A DNA stretch of 64,000 nucleotides. It comes from Promethearchaeota archaeon (GTDB lineage: Archaea > Asgardarchaeota > Lokiarchaeia > Sigyniarchaeales > SOKP01). Positions within the stretch are counted from its first letter, which is position 1. The number at the start of each line of letters is the position of its first letter. Under the pieces are notes generated by a model. It was not told the DNA's origin. It saw only the letters and a program-made list of their open reading frames with translations, and searched no databases. Position numbers and translations under genes: made by a program. Of this stretch, positions 1 to 9,897 are shown piece after piece. Location of the stretch: assembly GCA_048938005.1 (NCBI GenBank), contig JBHLMQ010000001.1, forward strand, positions 128,001 through 192,000. Reading direction: 5' to 3'.

Positions 1-788
1 GGAGTTGGTTTTTTTGAAATTCCCATTTTTTGGGATACTTTCTCATCTAAAATGTTTGTTAAAATTAGAGCAGAGGCATATTTACCTTTAGCTCCACCTT
101 TCTGTAAATGGGTATGGCTAATCATGTGGATTACCCGCCCCCCTACTTTTCCATAATCAAACTCTACAAGTACAGGGGATTCTCCCCATTTATTTTGAAT
201 TTCCCATGAGCCAATTAGCACTCTTACGGCTTGATTGTTTATAATTTGTATTGGAAAAGATCGTGTTTCCAACCACCAACGAAATTCACTTTTCTTTGTT
301 TTTTTAGTAGTCTGTTTTTGCCACTTACTTTGTTGAATTTCACTTAATACTCCCTCTAAAAATGGGTGATTTGGTTCAATAATTTGACATGCAACAACAG
401 CATCGGCGGTTTTTGCGTGATTCCAACGTATGTAGCCAGGAAAAATATTTTCAATTATACTTCGTATAGCCCAATCAGTTGTGATTAGCCATCCTCCATT
501 CATTACAAAATTTCTAATTTTAGGATGAGAGGCACTTGGGACATCACTACCAGGACATCCTATAAGTATAACATCGTACTGAGACAAATCTTCTTTCATA
601 ATTTCTTTTTCTCTGATTACCTTCTTTAACGATGCATACATATGCTCAATCACCTTTTTAGGTTTTTCATATTTTCCACTTACGGCAAGGATTTTTCCGT
701 GTTTTTCAACAGCTTGCACAACATCTTTTTTATTCAATGCTTCCATTTTACGTTTCTTTACTTCTGAATAGAGATCTTTCCAACTCAT
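1..788 (-). CDS. Class I glutamine amidotransferase-like fold protein (partial, runs off the window start; not in the ORF track)
   Basis: ATG at 788 opens MSWKDLYSEVRKRKMEALNKK...YDVILIGCPGS...FVMNGGWLITTDWA..., with no stop before position 1; the DxxxxGCPG and FVxxGGxL motifs suggest a GATase1-like fold. Confidence 0.6.
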   Translation of the reverse strand, partial: MSWKDLYSEVKKRKMEALNKKDVVQAVEKHGKILAVSGKYEKPKKVIEHMYASLKKVIREKEIMKEDLSQYDVILIGCPGSDVPSASHPKIRNFVMNGGWLITTDWAIRSIIENIFPGYIRWNHAKTADAVVACQIIEPNHPFLEGVLSEIQQSKWQKQTTKKTKKSEFRWWLETRSFPIQIINNQAVRVLIGSWEIQNKWGESPVLVEFDYGKVGGRVIHMISHTHLQKGGAKGKYASALILTNILDEKVSQKMGISKKPT

Positions 789-871
789 TTAACCAGCCTT
801 TAAATAAAGTTATAAGGAATTTAGTGTTATTTTATAATTATTATAATTGAATTAATATTTATATTTTGATT

Positions 872-877
872 AGGAGG
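872..877 (+). promoter_or_regulatory. Shine-Dalgarno site of pepD
   Basis: AGGAGG 7 nt upstream of the TTG start at 885. Confidence 0.6.
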
Positions 878-884
878 GATAATT

Positions 885-2381
885 TTGCTAAATTTAAAAG
901 ATTTAGGACAACCTTCCGAATTTTGGGAATATTTTGAAAAAATTTCTAAAATCCCTCGATGTTCTGGGCATGAAGATAAAATAAGAATTTTTATAAAGGA
1001 AGAAGCAGAGAGATTGGGTTTCAAGACTAAGACTGATACGGGAGGAAATCTAATAATAATAATTCCAGCAAAATCAAAAAAAAAATCAAAAGGAGTTTTA
1101 CAATGCCATATGGATATGGTATGTGAAAAGAATGAATCTACCATCCATGATTTTTCAAAAGATCCATTGAAATTAAAAATTGAAGAAATTACAAATGAGA
1201 AATGGCTTACGGCTGAGGGGACTACTCTAGGAGCTGATAATGGTGTAGGGATATGTTATTTATTAACTCTAATGAGAAAGATTCATAAGAAGGAATTAGA
1301 TTTTGATATATTGGAGCTATATTTATTATTTACTGTTGATGAAGAACGAGGTTTAAGAGGAGCATTCGAAATCGATGAGAAATTTATAGAGGGAAATTTT
1401 TTAATTAATCTCGATTCTGAAGAAGATAATGCTGTAACTATTGGTTGTGCTGGTGGGATTGTTACAATATATGAAATCAAAACAGAGAAAATAGATTTAA
1501 ATCAAATCAATGAAACGTTCATACCGTTAAAAGTTTTTATTTCGGGCTTATTAGGAGGACACTCAGGAGTTGATATTCATCTAGGTCGAGGAAATGCCCT
1601 AAAAATTATTAGTCAAATTCTTTGGAGAATAAACAATAAATTTTCGATTCGAATTTGCTCTATCGACGGAGGTAATAGAACTAATGCAATTCCAAGAGAA
1701 GTGAGCACTGTTTTTTATATTGAGAAGAAAAAATATTTGGAAATATCAAATTTTATTAGATATCTTTTTAATGAGATTAAAGTAGTGTTTGAAAGTATTG
1801 AACCGGACTTACAAATATCAATTGATAAGTTGGAAAATTTCTCTGACATTAAGGTCCTTACAAAGGAAGTTCAAGAGGAGTTATTAAACGTTATGTATTT
1901 AATGCCCTGTGGTCCTCTCTCTATGCATCCCCGAATCAAAGATTTAGTATTTAATTCAACAAATTTTGCTGTAATTAAGACTAAAAAAGAGTATATTGAA
2001 ATTAAATTGAGTCAAAGAAGTCTAAGTGAATATTTTAAAAATGTAATTTGGGAGAAAGTGAAAACTTTGTTTAATTTAAGTAATTTAAAAATAAATCTCT
2101 TTATTGATAGTGATTATCCCGGGTGGATACCAAATTTTGAATCGACACTTCTATCAAAATGTAAAGAAGTCTATAAGGATCTGTTTAATGAAGAAATGGA
2201 AATTAAGGCTATTCATGCTGGTTTAGAGTGTGGAATTCTAAAAAAAAAGTTTCCTCAAATGGAAATGATTTCAATTGGCCCTACAAGTGAAGGTGGACAT
2301 TCACCAGATGAGCGCTTACTTATTAAATCTGTTGAAAAAGTTTGGAAATTATTAACTTTATTACTTGAAAAGTTAAGTTAA
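885..2381 (+). CDS. pepD: Aminoacyl-histidine dipeptidase (peptidase M20, PepD)
   Basis: Motifs IPRCSGHE, QCHMDMV, LGADNG, TVDEERG, GGHSG, HAGLECG and HSPDE. Confidence 0.93.
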   Translation: MLNLKDLGQPSEFWEYFEKISKIPRCSGHEDKIRIFIKEEAERLGFKTKTDTGGNLIIIIPAKSKKKSKGVLQCHMDMVCEKNESTIHDFSKDPLKLKIEEITNEKWLTAEGTTLGADNGVGICYLLTLMRKIHKKELDFDILELYLLFTVDEERGLRGAFEIDEKFIEGNFLINLDSEEDNAVTIGCAGGIVTIYEIKTEKIDLNQINETFIPLKVFISGLLGGHSGVDIHLGRGNALKIISQILWRINNKFSIRICSIDGGNRTNAIPREVSTVFYIEKKKYLEISNFIRYLFNEIKVVFESIEPDLQISIDKLENFSDIKVLTKEVQEELLNVMYLMPCGPLSMHPRIKDLVFNSTNFAVIKTKKEYIEIKLSQRSLSEYFKNVIWEKVKTLFNLSNLKINLFIDSDYPGWIPNFESTLLSKCKEVYKDLFNEEMEIKAIHAGLECGILKKKFPQMEMISIGPTSEGGHSPDERLLIKSVEKVWKLLTLLLEKLS

Positions 2382-2450
2382 GATATAATAGTTTATAAAA
2401 AACTATTTAAAAAAATTAATAAATTTAATTTAATAATTATACAATAGTTT

Positions 2451-2957
2451 ATGCAAAAAGATACGACTAAGAAAGAGGAAATTATAGGTTCTGAAACATT
2501 TATGGAAAAAATTAGAAGCAGAACACCTTGGATTTTTGGAAATTCATTAAGAAAACCAAAAATTAGTTTTCCTAAATTTAGACTTCCAAAAATTTCTCTT
2601 CCTATGCCATCAAGATCATTAAGTATGGTAATTATCTTAATAGCATTGTTTATTCTTCAGACAGGTGTAGTTTATTTAATAGTTCGAGAACCTCCGGCAC
2701 TAGGGGCAACTCAGAGGGGTGATCCTATTTTTATCTTCGTTGGTATTCATGAGAGTTTCATTATTGAAGGTATTGTTGCATCAATTTTAATTTTTTTTTG
2801 CTCCATGGGATTTATAATGCTATATCAAGCATCTAAATTTGTTTATAACAAAAAGATGGCAGTATGGATTTTAGTAATTGGAGTAATAATGATAATTATA
2901 ACATTTATAATGCTTCAATATATAATATCCGTAAAAGTGGGGGAACTTTCGCAGTAA
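2451..2957 (+). CDS. Oligosaccharyltransferase subunit OSTC/DC2 (OST3/OST6 family) homolog
   Basis: Three TM helices; LPMPS, GVVYLIVREPPALG and FIIEGIVASILIFFCSMGFIML align by eye with eukaryotic OSTC (LHMPS, [36 protein letters not shown]). Confidence 0.82.
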   Translation: MQKDTTKKEEIIGSETFMEKIRSRTPWIFGNSLRKPKISFPKFRLPKISLPMPSRSLSMVIILIALFILQTGVVYLIVREPPALGATQRGDPIFIFVGIHESFIIEGIVASILIFFCSMGFIMLYQASKFVYNKKMAVWILVIGVIMIIITFIMLQYIISVKVGELSQ

Positions 2958-2974
2958 TTAGAAAAAAATCAGTT

Positions 2975-4120
2975 TTAATCGACTTTACATATTTTTAATT
3001 CATCATAATCCACGAGTACCTTATATAAACCTTTCAATTTCTTATCAAGTCCAGGATCTCTAGTATCTATCCTTAGTATCTGATTGGGAATATTATTCAA
3101 TTTATATTTGGTACAAACAATAATTAAATTTTTTATGCTTACAGTTCTCAATACTTTTGATGAGAATTGTAAATTACCTCTTCCGAAAAGAAATCCTTGG
3201 CGACCAGTTAAAGATATAATAATTTTAACTTTTTTTTTATCAATAAAGTCAAGGATTTGTCTCTCATTTAAATCATGAGCGATGATTTTCTTATTTAATA
3301 ATAAATCTATCCCTAAGAGCGTTTTTTTTTGATTTAAATGATCTGTAATCGCTTTTATGGTAGTTCCTGGACCTAACAAATAATAGACCTCTTTTTCAAG
3401 AATTTCAATAATTCTTTTCGCTATTCTTTCTTGATTACTTAAATCTGAAGCAGGAGTACCAATCTTAGAGGGTTGAGAACAATCTGGAACGTAAGGGGTC
3501 AACATATATCCATATAATTTTGAAATTAAATTTCCCTCTCTATATTTATTTTCGTCAATATCTAAGACCTCTGATTTTTTCAAAGGAATTTCACCATTTA
3601 AAAATTGAATAATAATTGAACTTGCTTTACTTGGATTTAAAGAAAAAACACCAGAAAAGACTTTAACTCCAGCAGGAATACCAAGGCATGGCTTTTCATT
3701 GTCAACAATTTTCAATATGTCTCGAGCAGTACCATCCCCTCCAACGAATAATATTAGACTTAAATTTTTATCATTCTTCATAATTTCTGAAGCTATTTCT
3801 GTATGTTGCGGGGTAGAATCCAAAATATCTTCCATTCTAGTGAAGATTTGATGGTTAATACAAGTGTAATCGAAATTCATTTCTTTTAAAACAGTCTCAC
3901 CCATTATTCCAGGACAAGTTAAGAATCTTAAATTAGACTTTATTGATTTCAATTCCTTTAATACTTCTCTTGCTCGATTGATGGAGTTAGGTTGAGCTCC
4001 TAATTCAATGGCTTTTAGTAAAATATCTTGTCCATCAGTGCCCTTCAATCCAACAGCCCCACCCATCCCTGAGATGGGATTTATTATTAGCCCTAAAATA
4101 AATTTATCAAGTGTTTCCAT
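2975..4120 (-). CDS. ATP-NAD kinase family protein
   Basis: NPISGMGGAVGLKGTDG, GGDGTARD, GIPAGVK and GFLFGRGNLQ motifs. Confidence 0.85.
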   Translation of the reverse strand: METLDKFILGLIINPISGMGGAVGLKGTDGQDILLKAIELGAQPNSINRAREVLKELKSIKSNLRFLTCPGIMGETVLKEMNFDYTCINHQIFTRMEDILDSTPQHTEIASEIMKNDKNLSLILFVGGDGTARDILKIVDNEKPCLGIPAGVKVFSGVFSLNPSKASSIIIQFLNGEIPLKKSEVLDIDENKYREGNLISKLYGYMLTPYVPDCSQPSKIGTPASDLSNQERIAKRIIEILEKEVYYLLGPGTTIKAITDHLNQKKTLLGIDLLLNKKIIAHDLNERQILDFIDKKKVKIIISLTGRQGFLFGRGNLQFSSKVLRTVSIKNLIIVCTKYKLNNIPNQILRIDTRDPGLDKKLKGLYKVLVDYDELKICKVD

Positions 4121-4192
4121 AGAGACTCACTAAAAAAAAAAAGAAAAAGAAATTTAGTAAATAAGAGAACAATTCTTAATTAATTATATTTT

Positions 4193-4585
4193 TTACCCAA
4201 CAAATGAATTATATGCGGCTTCGTCTAACAAGTTCCCTTTTTCAGCATCCCAATTTGATGGCTCGATTTTAAACAGCCAGGCAGCAAAAGCATCTTCATT
4301 AATTTTTTCTGGTTCATCCATTAAATCTGAATTTACTTCAATTACATTGCCGCTTACTGGCGAATAAATGTCGCCTACTGCTTTACTTGATTCAACTGTG
4401 CAATCAATTGGATCGCTTGATGGTTCATCTCCATCCATTTTTACTTGTTCAAGCTCAGCACCTTCAAGCCCTTCTACATCAACAAAACTAATTTCTCCAA
4501 GCTGTTCTGCAGCATAAGGTGTGATTCCAACCATTTTTGTCCCATCATCAAACCATTGATGTGTTTTAGTAAACCATTTGGTCAT
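4193..4585 (-). CDS. gcvH: Glycine cleavage system H protein (lipoyl carrier)
   Basis: HQW, VGITPYAAEQLGEI, lipoyl-lysine motif VESSKAVGDIYSPVSG, PEKINED and WLFKI. Confidence 0.93.
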   Translation of the reverse strand: MTKWFTKTHQWFDDGTKMVGITPYAAEQLGEISFVDVEGLEGAELEQVKMDGDEPSSDPIDCTVESSKAVGDIYSPVSGNVIEVNSDLMDEPEKINEDAFAAWLFKIEPSNWDAEKGNLLDEAAYNSFVG

Positions 4586-4714
4586 ATTTATCTAACTCTT
4601 TTTTAATTAATTTATAAATTACAATAATATTGAATTAAATAGTATGTTTTTATTAATTAAGGTAATAATTTAAAATTTTATTATTAAGTTTCTTAATTAG
4701 ATTAATTACAAAAT

Positions 4715-5557
4715 ATGGATTCTAATCTTAAGGATCAACTAAATTTCTATACCGAATTTAAGGATTGGTTTTTTCAAATAACTCATGATTTTAAATTTGA
4801 CTATAAAAAGGAATATGAAGCCCGCGATTACTTATCCCGTATCTTTTCGAAGAAAGATCAAAATTGGAAATTAAATAGCGTTTTGAATTTGTTTAAAGAA
4901 AGAATTTTATCAAAAACGACAATATTAATCTATGGATGTGGCCCATCCTTAGAAAATACAATCAATTTAATTTTGAAAAAAAAAGGGGTGAATTTTTTCG
5001 AAAATTTCATTAATTTAGCTGCCGACGGTGCTTCAATCCTATTAAGAGAAAGAGGTATTCAAATAGATGCAATCTTTACAGACTTAGATGGAATTACTAA
5101 AAATGAATTTCATTATGCTAGTTTTAATATAGTTCATGCTCACGGAGATAATATAGAAAAATTAAAATTTTTTGAAGATGAAATATTAAAATTTGAAAAT
5201 GTTATAGGAACAACCCAAATTGAACCGGTCAGAAGTTTAATAAATCCAGGAGGATTTACAGATGGAGATCGAATTCTATATTTTTTACGTACTTTATTAT
5301 CTCCATTTCATAAATTATTTCTTATAGGAATGGATTTTGGAAGTGTTCTTGGTAAATATTCAAAATTAGATACAAAAAAAAACCAAGAAGCGAGTTTAAT
5401 CAAACAAAAAAAACTTCAATATGCAAAAAAATTACTAAAATGGCTTAAAAACAAAATACAAAATGATCTTTACTTCGTTAATTCAGAGACTATTATAAAA
5501 GATTTTATAAATCTTTCAATAGAGGAATTTTTAAATATTTTTCATCCCCAATTCTAG
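4715..5557 (+). CDS. mptE: 6-hydroxymethyl-7,8-dihydropterin pyrophosphokinase (MptE, DUF115)
   Basis: GCGPSL, AADGA, TDLDG, VHAHGDN, GGFTDGDR and GMDFG motifs. Confidence 0.88.
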   Translation: MDSNLKDQLNFYTEFKDWFFQITHDFKFDYKKEYEARDYLSRIFSKKDQNWKLNSVLNLFKERILSKTTILIYGCGPSLENTINLILKKKGVNFFENFINLAADGASILLRERGIQIDAIFTDLDGITKNEFHYASFNIVHAHGDNIEKLKFFEDEILKFENVIGTTQIEPVRSLINPGGFTDGDRILYFLRTLLSPFHKLFLIGMDFGSVLGKYSKLDTKKNQEASLIKQKKLQYAKKLLKWLKNKIQNDLYFVNSETIIKDFINLSIEEFLNIFHPQF

Positions 5558-6381
5558 AATTTATAATCTTGAATTCCTGTAGCAGCTATTTTGTAGAGTA
5601 ATCTTTTTTCAGGAAGAATAAGAGAATTTACTATATGAGCATATCTTTTATTTTCACCTTTATAATCCAAATGAATATATTCTGAGAAAAAATGATTTAA
5701 TAATTGATTACCAATAGGTACCACCGGAATTGAAGTTCCTACTGTAAAAGTTGAGGTAACTTGTGCTGTTGCTATTGTAATTAGTTTAAATTTTTTTGTA
5801 AGCTCATTAACCTTCTTTAAAATCTTTAAAAAGGTCTTTTTAGCTGTATTGGAAGAAATCTTTTTATCAGCTAACTCAGAATTATAATGATTATTTATAG
5901 TATCAATAATGAGTATGCTCATATAGTTTAAATCGATAATATTTTCAAGTTCATCTAATACCAGTAATAAGGCAGAATTACTCATTATTTTAGATATTAA
6001 GATCTTTTTAAGAATTTTTTTATCATCAACGTTGGAAGTTTTTATTAGTTCTTTCAACCGTTCTGGGCGGAAAGTATTTTCTGTATCAAAATAATAGATA
6101 AATTGTTTATTCTTTTTTGATGGGATTATGTTAAATTTTGAGAATTGATTATAAGCTTGAACACATAATTGATGACATAATTGTGTTTTTCCAGTTTTAT
6201 TTGCTCCAAAGATCAAATATTTCTTGCCTAAGCGAAATCCTCCTCCTAATACTTCATCAAATTTATTTGCTCCTGAGGATAATAAAAAATCTTGATTTTT
6301 TTCTTTTTCAAATTGTTTAATAAATTTACTTATATTAACTATTTGATCATCTTTTATCTTTAGTAATTCACTTATAACCAT
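5554..6381 (-). CDS. RadA/Rad51 paralog lacking the N-terminal HhH domain
   Basis: FDEVLGGG, Walker A GANKTGKTQLCHQL, DTENTFRPERL, Walker B LIIDT. Confidence 0.85.
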   Translation of the reverse strand: MVISELLKIKDDQIVNISKFIKQFEKEKNQDFLLSSGANKFDEVLGGGFRLGKKYLIFGANKTGKTQLCHQLCVQAYNQFSKFNIIPSKKNKQFIYYFDTENTFRPERLKELIKTSNVDDKKILKKILISKIMSNSALLLVLDELENIIDLNYMSILIIDTINNHYNSELADKKISSNTAKKTFLKILKKVNELTKKFKLITIATAQVTSTFTVGTSIPVVPIGNQLLNHFFSEYIHLDYKGENKRYAHIVNSLILPEKRLLYKIAATGIQDYKF

Positions 6382-6574
6382 TAGTTATAATTAATTTCTT
6401 TATTAGTTTAAATGCAATTAATAACTAGTCATTTAAAAAATAACGATTAAATTATAATAAGTATTAACAAAAACAAAAAATTAATTTTAAAATATTCATA
6501 AAGTTAAAATTATAATACCTTTAATTTTAGTGTTTTAAATTAATATATTGAGATAATCATTCATAATTATTAAA

Positions 6575-7186
6575 ATGGCAAAAAAGAAGAGGGAAGTTTG
6601 TCCCTACTGCGGCAAAAGTTTTGCATATTTATCTCGTCATAAATGTAAAATAAAAGAACATGTTGAGGGACCTTTAGAGGAGAAATCTGATGTTGAAAGA
6701 AGAATTGAAAGAATAGAAGAAAAAAAGAAAGAATTCAATCGAACTTTAAGAAAAGATGAGAAATTGATATTAAATATAATTAATCGTGAAAAAGATATAT
6801 TTTTTGACAGATTATTGGAACTAAGTAATAAAAAACGAAATGATTTAGAAGAAATATTGGAATTATTAGCATTACAATCAAAGATAAAAATGAAACGAGA
6901 ATTAGTTGATGCCTCATGGACAAAGCATATTTATTCAATTGAGGAAATCGATATAAAAGTAAAGGATTTGAAAATTGATAAAAGAAGAGAAGATTTTATT
7001 TGGAATATGTTTTCTAGACAGCCATGTTTTATTTGTCCTTTTCAAGATAAATGTAATGAAACTAATTTAGATCAATTTAATCCACAACATTGTCCATGGT
7101 TAACGGAATGGATCGAACTATCATCAAAAGGTGAAGAATATAATATAAATTTTGATGAAGTAGAATCACGATTGCAGGATATTTAA
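6575..7186 (+). CDS. TFE-beta / RPC34(C39)-like protein: N-terminal zinc finger, winged helix, C-terminal 4-Cys Fe-S domain
   Basis: C-terminal PCFICPFQDKC...NPQHCPWLTEWI fits the RPC34/TFE-beta cluster pattern PCxxCPxxxxC...PxxCxxxxEW; N-terminal CPYC...HKC finger. Confidence 0.72.
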   Translation: MAKKKREVCPYCGKSFAYLSRHKCKIKEHVEGPLEEKSDVERRIERIEEKKKEFNRTLRKDEKLILNIINREKDIFFDRLLELSNKKRNDLEEILELLALQSKIKMKRELVDASWTKHIYSIEEIDIKVKDLKIDKRREDFIWNMFSRQPCFICPFQDKCNETNLDQFNPQHCPWLTEWIELSSKGEEYNINFDEVESRLQDI

Positions 7187-7822
7187 TTTCACCTTTTGTA
7201 AACCAATTAAAAATATTTCATTACTTTTTTTCTTAGAAGATTTTGGCTTATAAGATTTTAAAATTCTAAATATAGAATTCATTTCTTTGGTAAATTTATT
7301 AAAATCAGACCCTTGAAATACTTTAATTACCATATTACCTTTAAATTTAAGATTTTTTTTTGCGATATCTAGTATTTTATAGCAAAGGTTAAGTTGTTTT
7401 AAATGATCTGTAAATCTATTTCCAGTTTTATTTATTGATGCATCTGATAAGAGTAAATCTATTTCACTATGAAAGTATAAATCAATTTGTTCCTGAAGTT
7501 CTGGTTTAGTTATATCAAATTTTATTATTTTAATATTCTCAATTGGAGATACATTCTTAATATCAACTCCCATTATTTTATAGTGATCTCGGTGATAATA
7601 TTCATCTTCATATTTATCTAAATTTCCTTTAACATACATCTTTACTACTTGTAACCATGAACCGGGAGCAGATCCTAAATCTAATACATAAAATGCCCTC
7701 TTAAAAATATTAAACTTATTTTGAATATCTAACAATTTATATGCAGATCTTGCGCGATATCCTTCCTTTTTAGCTTGTTTATAGTAAGATTCTTTTTTAT
7801 GTAATTCTCTATTTTTTGCCAT
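7166..7822 (-). CDS. rlmE: 23S rRNA 2'-O-methyltransferase RlmE (FtsJ/RrmJ)
   Basis: YYKQAKKEGYRARSAYKL, VLDLGSAPGSWLQ, LSDA, KVFQG, KPKSS...E. Confidence 0.93.
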   Translation of the reverse strand: MAKNRELHKKESYYKQAKKEGYRARSAYKLLDIQNKFNIFKRAFYVLDLGSAPGSWLQVVKMYVKGNLDKYEDEYYHRDHYKIMGVDIKNVSPIENIKIIKFDITKPELQEQIDLYFHSEIDLLLSDASINKTGNRFTDHLKQLNLCYKILDIAKKNLKFKGNMVIKVFQGSDFNKFTKEMNSIFRILKSYKPKSSKKKSNEIFLIGLQKVKLNILQS

Positions 7823-7836
7823 TTCACTTCAAATAT

Positions 7837-9066
7837 CTATTTTTGCATTTTAACTAAAATATTTTTAATTGTGTTTAAATCCAAATTACTCTTTATAGAT
7901 AAAAAATCAAAATGAGTCCTCGAACCTTGATATCCTTTTTCTTTAATTAGGCTAATAATATCTTTGGTTTTTGGAACAGAGGTGAGCTTTAATTGTTGAC
8001 ATAATTTATGAATGTTATAGTATGAAACAGGCATGTTAATTTCTTCAATAGCGAAAGTTAAGAGTTTTTCTATTCTATTTTTATTATGAAATGTAGAATT
8101 TTTATTTAAAGCGAGTAGTTCTTTAATAAAATTAATATCGTGAATTTTTTCAATCCATAAGGGCCCTGCATAATCTAGATTTTCTTTATTATCACATACA
8201 GGACATACATTGGGTAAAATTAAAATATTATTTCTAAAAGCTGAGCGATATCCACAATTCCTACAATGTATAAGATATCCATAATTTTGGAAAAATTTTG
8301 AAATTTTTTTTTCATTCCTGAATGATAAGCAGAAAATTCTTATAAAATGACCTGAGTAGAAAGTTAATAGTGGAAATATTCCCATCTTATTTATATTTGC
8401 TATTCGAGAAATGAAGTATATTAATATACGCCCTCCAATTTCCTTACAATACTCATTATGGAGGGGTTTAGCTAAATATTTCCTAATACATGCATTGGGT
8501 CGTACTCCAAATAAAACCGCTGTGTCTGTGGCAGTAATACACATCAAACCATTTACTTTTTGTATTGCTTTGAAAGCAGAGTCTATATAAAGATTTGGGG
8601 TTCCAAAGGGATCAATAGAAATTACATTTGGCTTTTTCCTTTTTTCACTTGAAAGTATACATGTACTATTTGCGATTTCAGAGAAAAGGAGGTTCGCATC
8701 TTTTTCTGATATTTCTATTTGAATAGGGCTTTTATCAAAATTATTTAATTTAAGATTTTTTTTAATAAGTTTAACGGCAACAGGATTAATATCATTTATA
8801 AAAATTTTTTTAATATTATTACACTCTTTTAACATTCTAATGGAACTTATTCCTGAAGCAGCCATAGAATCTATGATTATAAGTTCATTTTGTTTATAGA
8901 GATTTTTGTAAGCATTAATAGCTAAAGTTGTAATATCGCGATTAATCTCCATTTGTTTATTATAAAAAACATTCATTCCCTTCGAAGGAACCGATTCCTT
9001 ATCAACAATATGAATGTAAAATTCTGCTAAACCTTCTTTAATTAAAGTTAGATCATCTTTTTCCAT
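7837..9066 (-). CDS. trm1: tRNA (guanine26-N2)-dimethyltransferase
   Basis: VFYN..MEINRD, NDIN, IDPFGTP, CITATD, zinc-binding Cys pairs, AGPLW and SRTHF. Confidence 0.93.
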   Translation of the reverse strand: MEKDDLTLIKEGLAEFYIHIVDKESVPSKGMNVFYNKQMEINRDITTLAINAYKNLYKQNELIIIDSMAASGISSIRMLKECNNIKKIFINDINPVAVKLIKKNLKLNNFDKSPIQIEISEKDANLLFSEIANSTCILSSEKRKKPNVISIDPFGTPNLYIDSAFKAIQKVNGLMCITATDTAVLFGVRPNACIRKYLAKPLHNEYCKEIGGRILIYFISRIANINKMGIFPLLTFYSGHFIRIFCLSFRNEKKISKFFQNYGYLIHCRNCGYRSAFRNNILILPNVCPVCDNKENLDYAGPLWIEKIHDINFIKELLALNKNSTFHNKNRIEKLLTFAIEEINMPVSYYNIHKLCQQLKLTSVPKTKDIISLIKEKGYQGSRTHFDFLSIKSNLDLNTIKNILVKMQK

Positions 9067-9162
9067 TGTTCTATATTAAATAAAGATAAAGATAAGATTA
9101 AATTATGGAAACTTTTTAGCAATACTAAGTTATGATATGTAGAATACAATTTCTTGTAAATA

Positions 9163-9852
9163 TTAATCAAATCCATATTCTCTCAAAATTGAAGTGAATT
9201 CAATTATTTCATTTTCAGGATATTTAGTTAAGATGAATTTTCTCTCATTTAATTTTCTAGTTTTGGTGATTTTTAAATTATAATTTACCCAAAATTCTAT
9301 AACTTTTCCACCACTTTGAACTTCGATTAGTTGATCATCAAATTTTTTTCTACTTGCTTCATTTACTACTAAGATTTCGATATTATATGTCTCATTTAAA
9401 TACATTAAATTTGCTAAAATTTGATTCAATTGATAATTTAAATTGTAATTCTTTTCTTTCTTATCGGTGTTTAACTCTAATCTGTATAACTCAGTAATTG
9501 AATCAATAACTATTAATTTTAATTGGTCATTTTTATTATCTATATCATTTAAAATTAAAAATTCTAAATTAAACACAATATTATTTAAATCTTCAAAATC
9601 TATAGGCTTAATAATTATAATCCTATCAAGAATTCCTTCTGAATCCTTAGATAGATTAAAAATTTTTTCTGAAGGTAAATTGGGTTTCGTATAAATATAA
9701 ACAACTTTTTTTTTATCTTTTATGGTATTTATAACTGTTTGTAAAACAAATGTTGTTTTTCCAACACCATAATTTCCCCAGACAGAAAAAATCCCTTTAT
9801 AATTATCAAAATTTCTTAAAAATGCATTTAATTCAAATATTGGGAATTTCAT
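9163..9852 (-). CDS. radB: RadB-like RecA-fold ATPase
   Basis: Walker A GNYGVGKTT, Walker B LIVIDSITELYR, VVNE and GG motif. Confidence 0.7.
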   Translation of the reverse strand: MKFPIFELNAFLRNFDNYKGIFSVWGNYGVGKTTFVLQTVINTIKDKKKVVYIYTKPNLPSEKIFNLSKDSEGILDRIIIIKPIDFEDLNNIVFNLEFLILNDIDNKNDQLKLIVIDSITELYRLELNTDKKEKNYNLNYQLNQILANLMYLNETYNIEILVVNEASRKKFDDQLIEVQSGGKVIEFWVNYNLKITKTRKLNERKFILTKYPENEIIEFTSILREYGFD

Positions 9853-9897
9853 TTGATTAAAAATTTTTAATTTTTATAATTAATTAATATTTATAAG

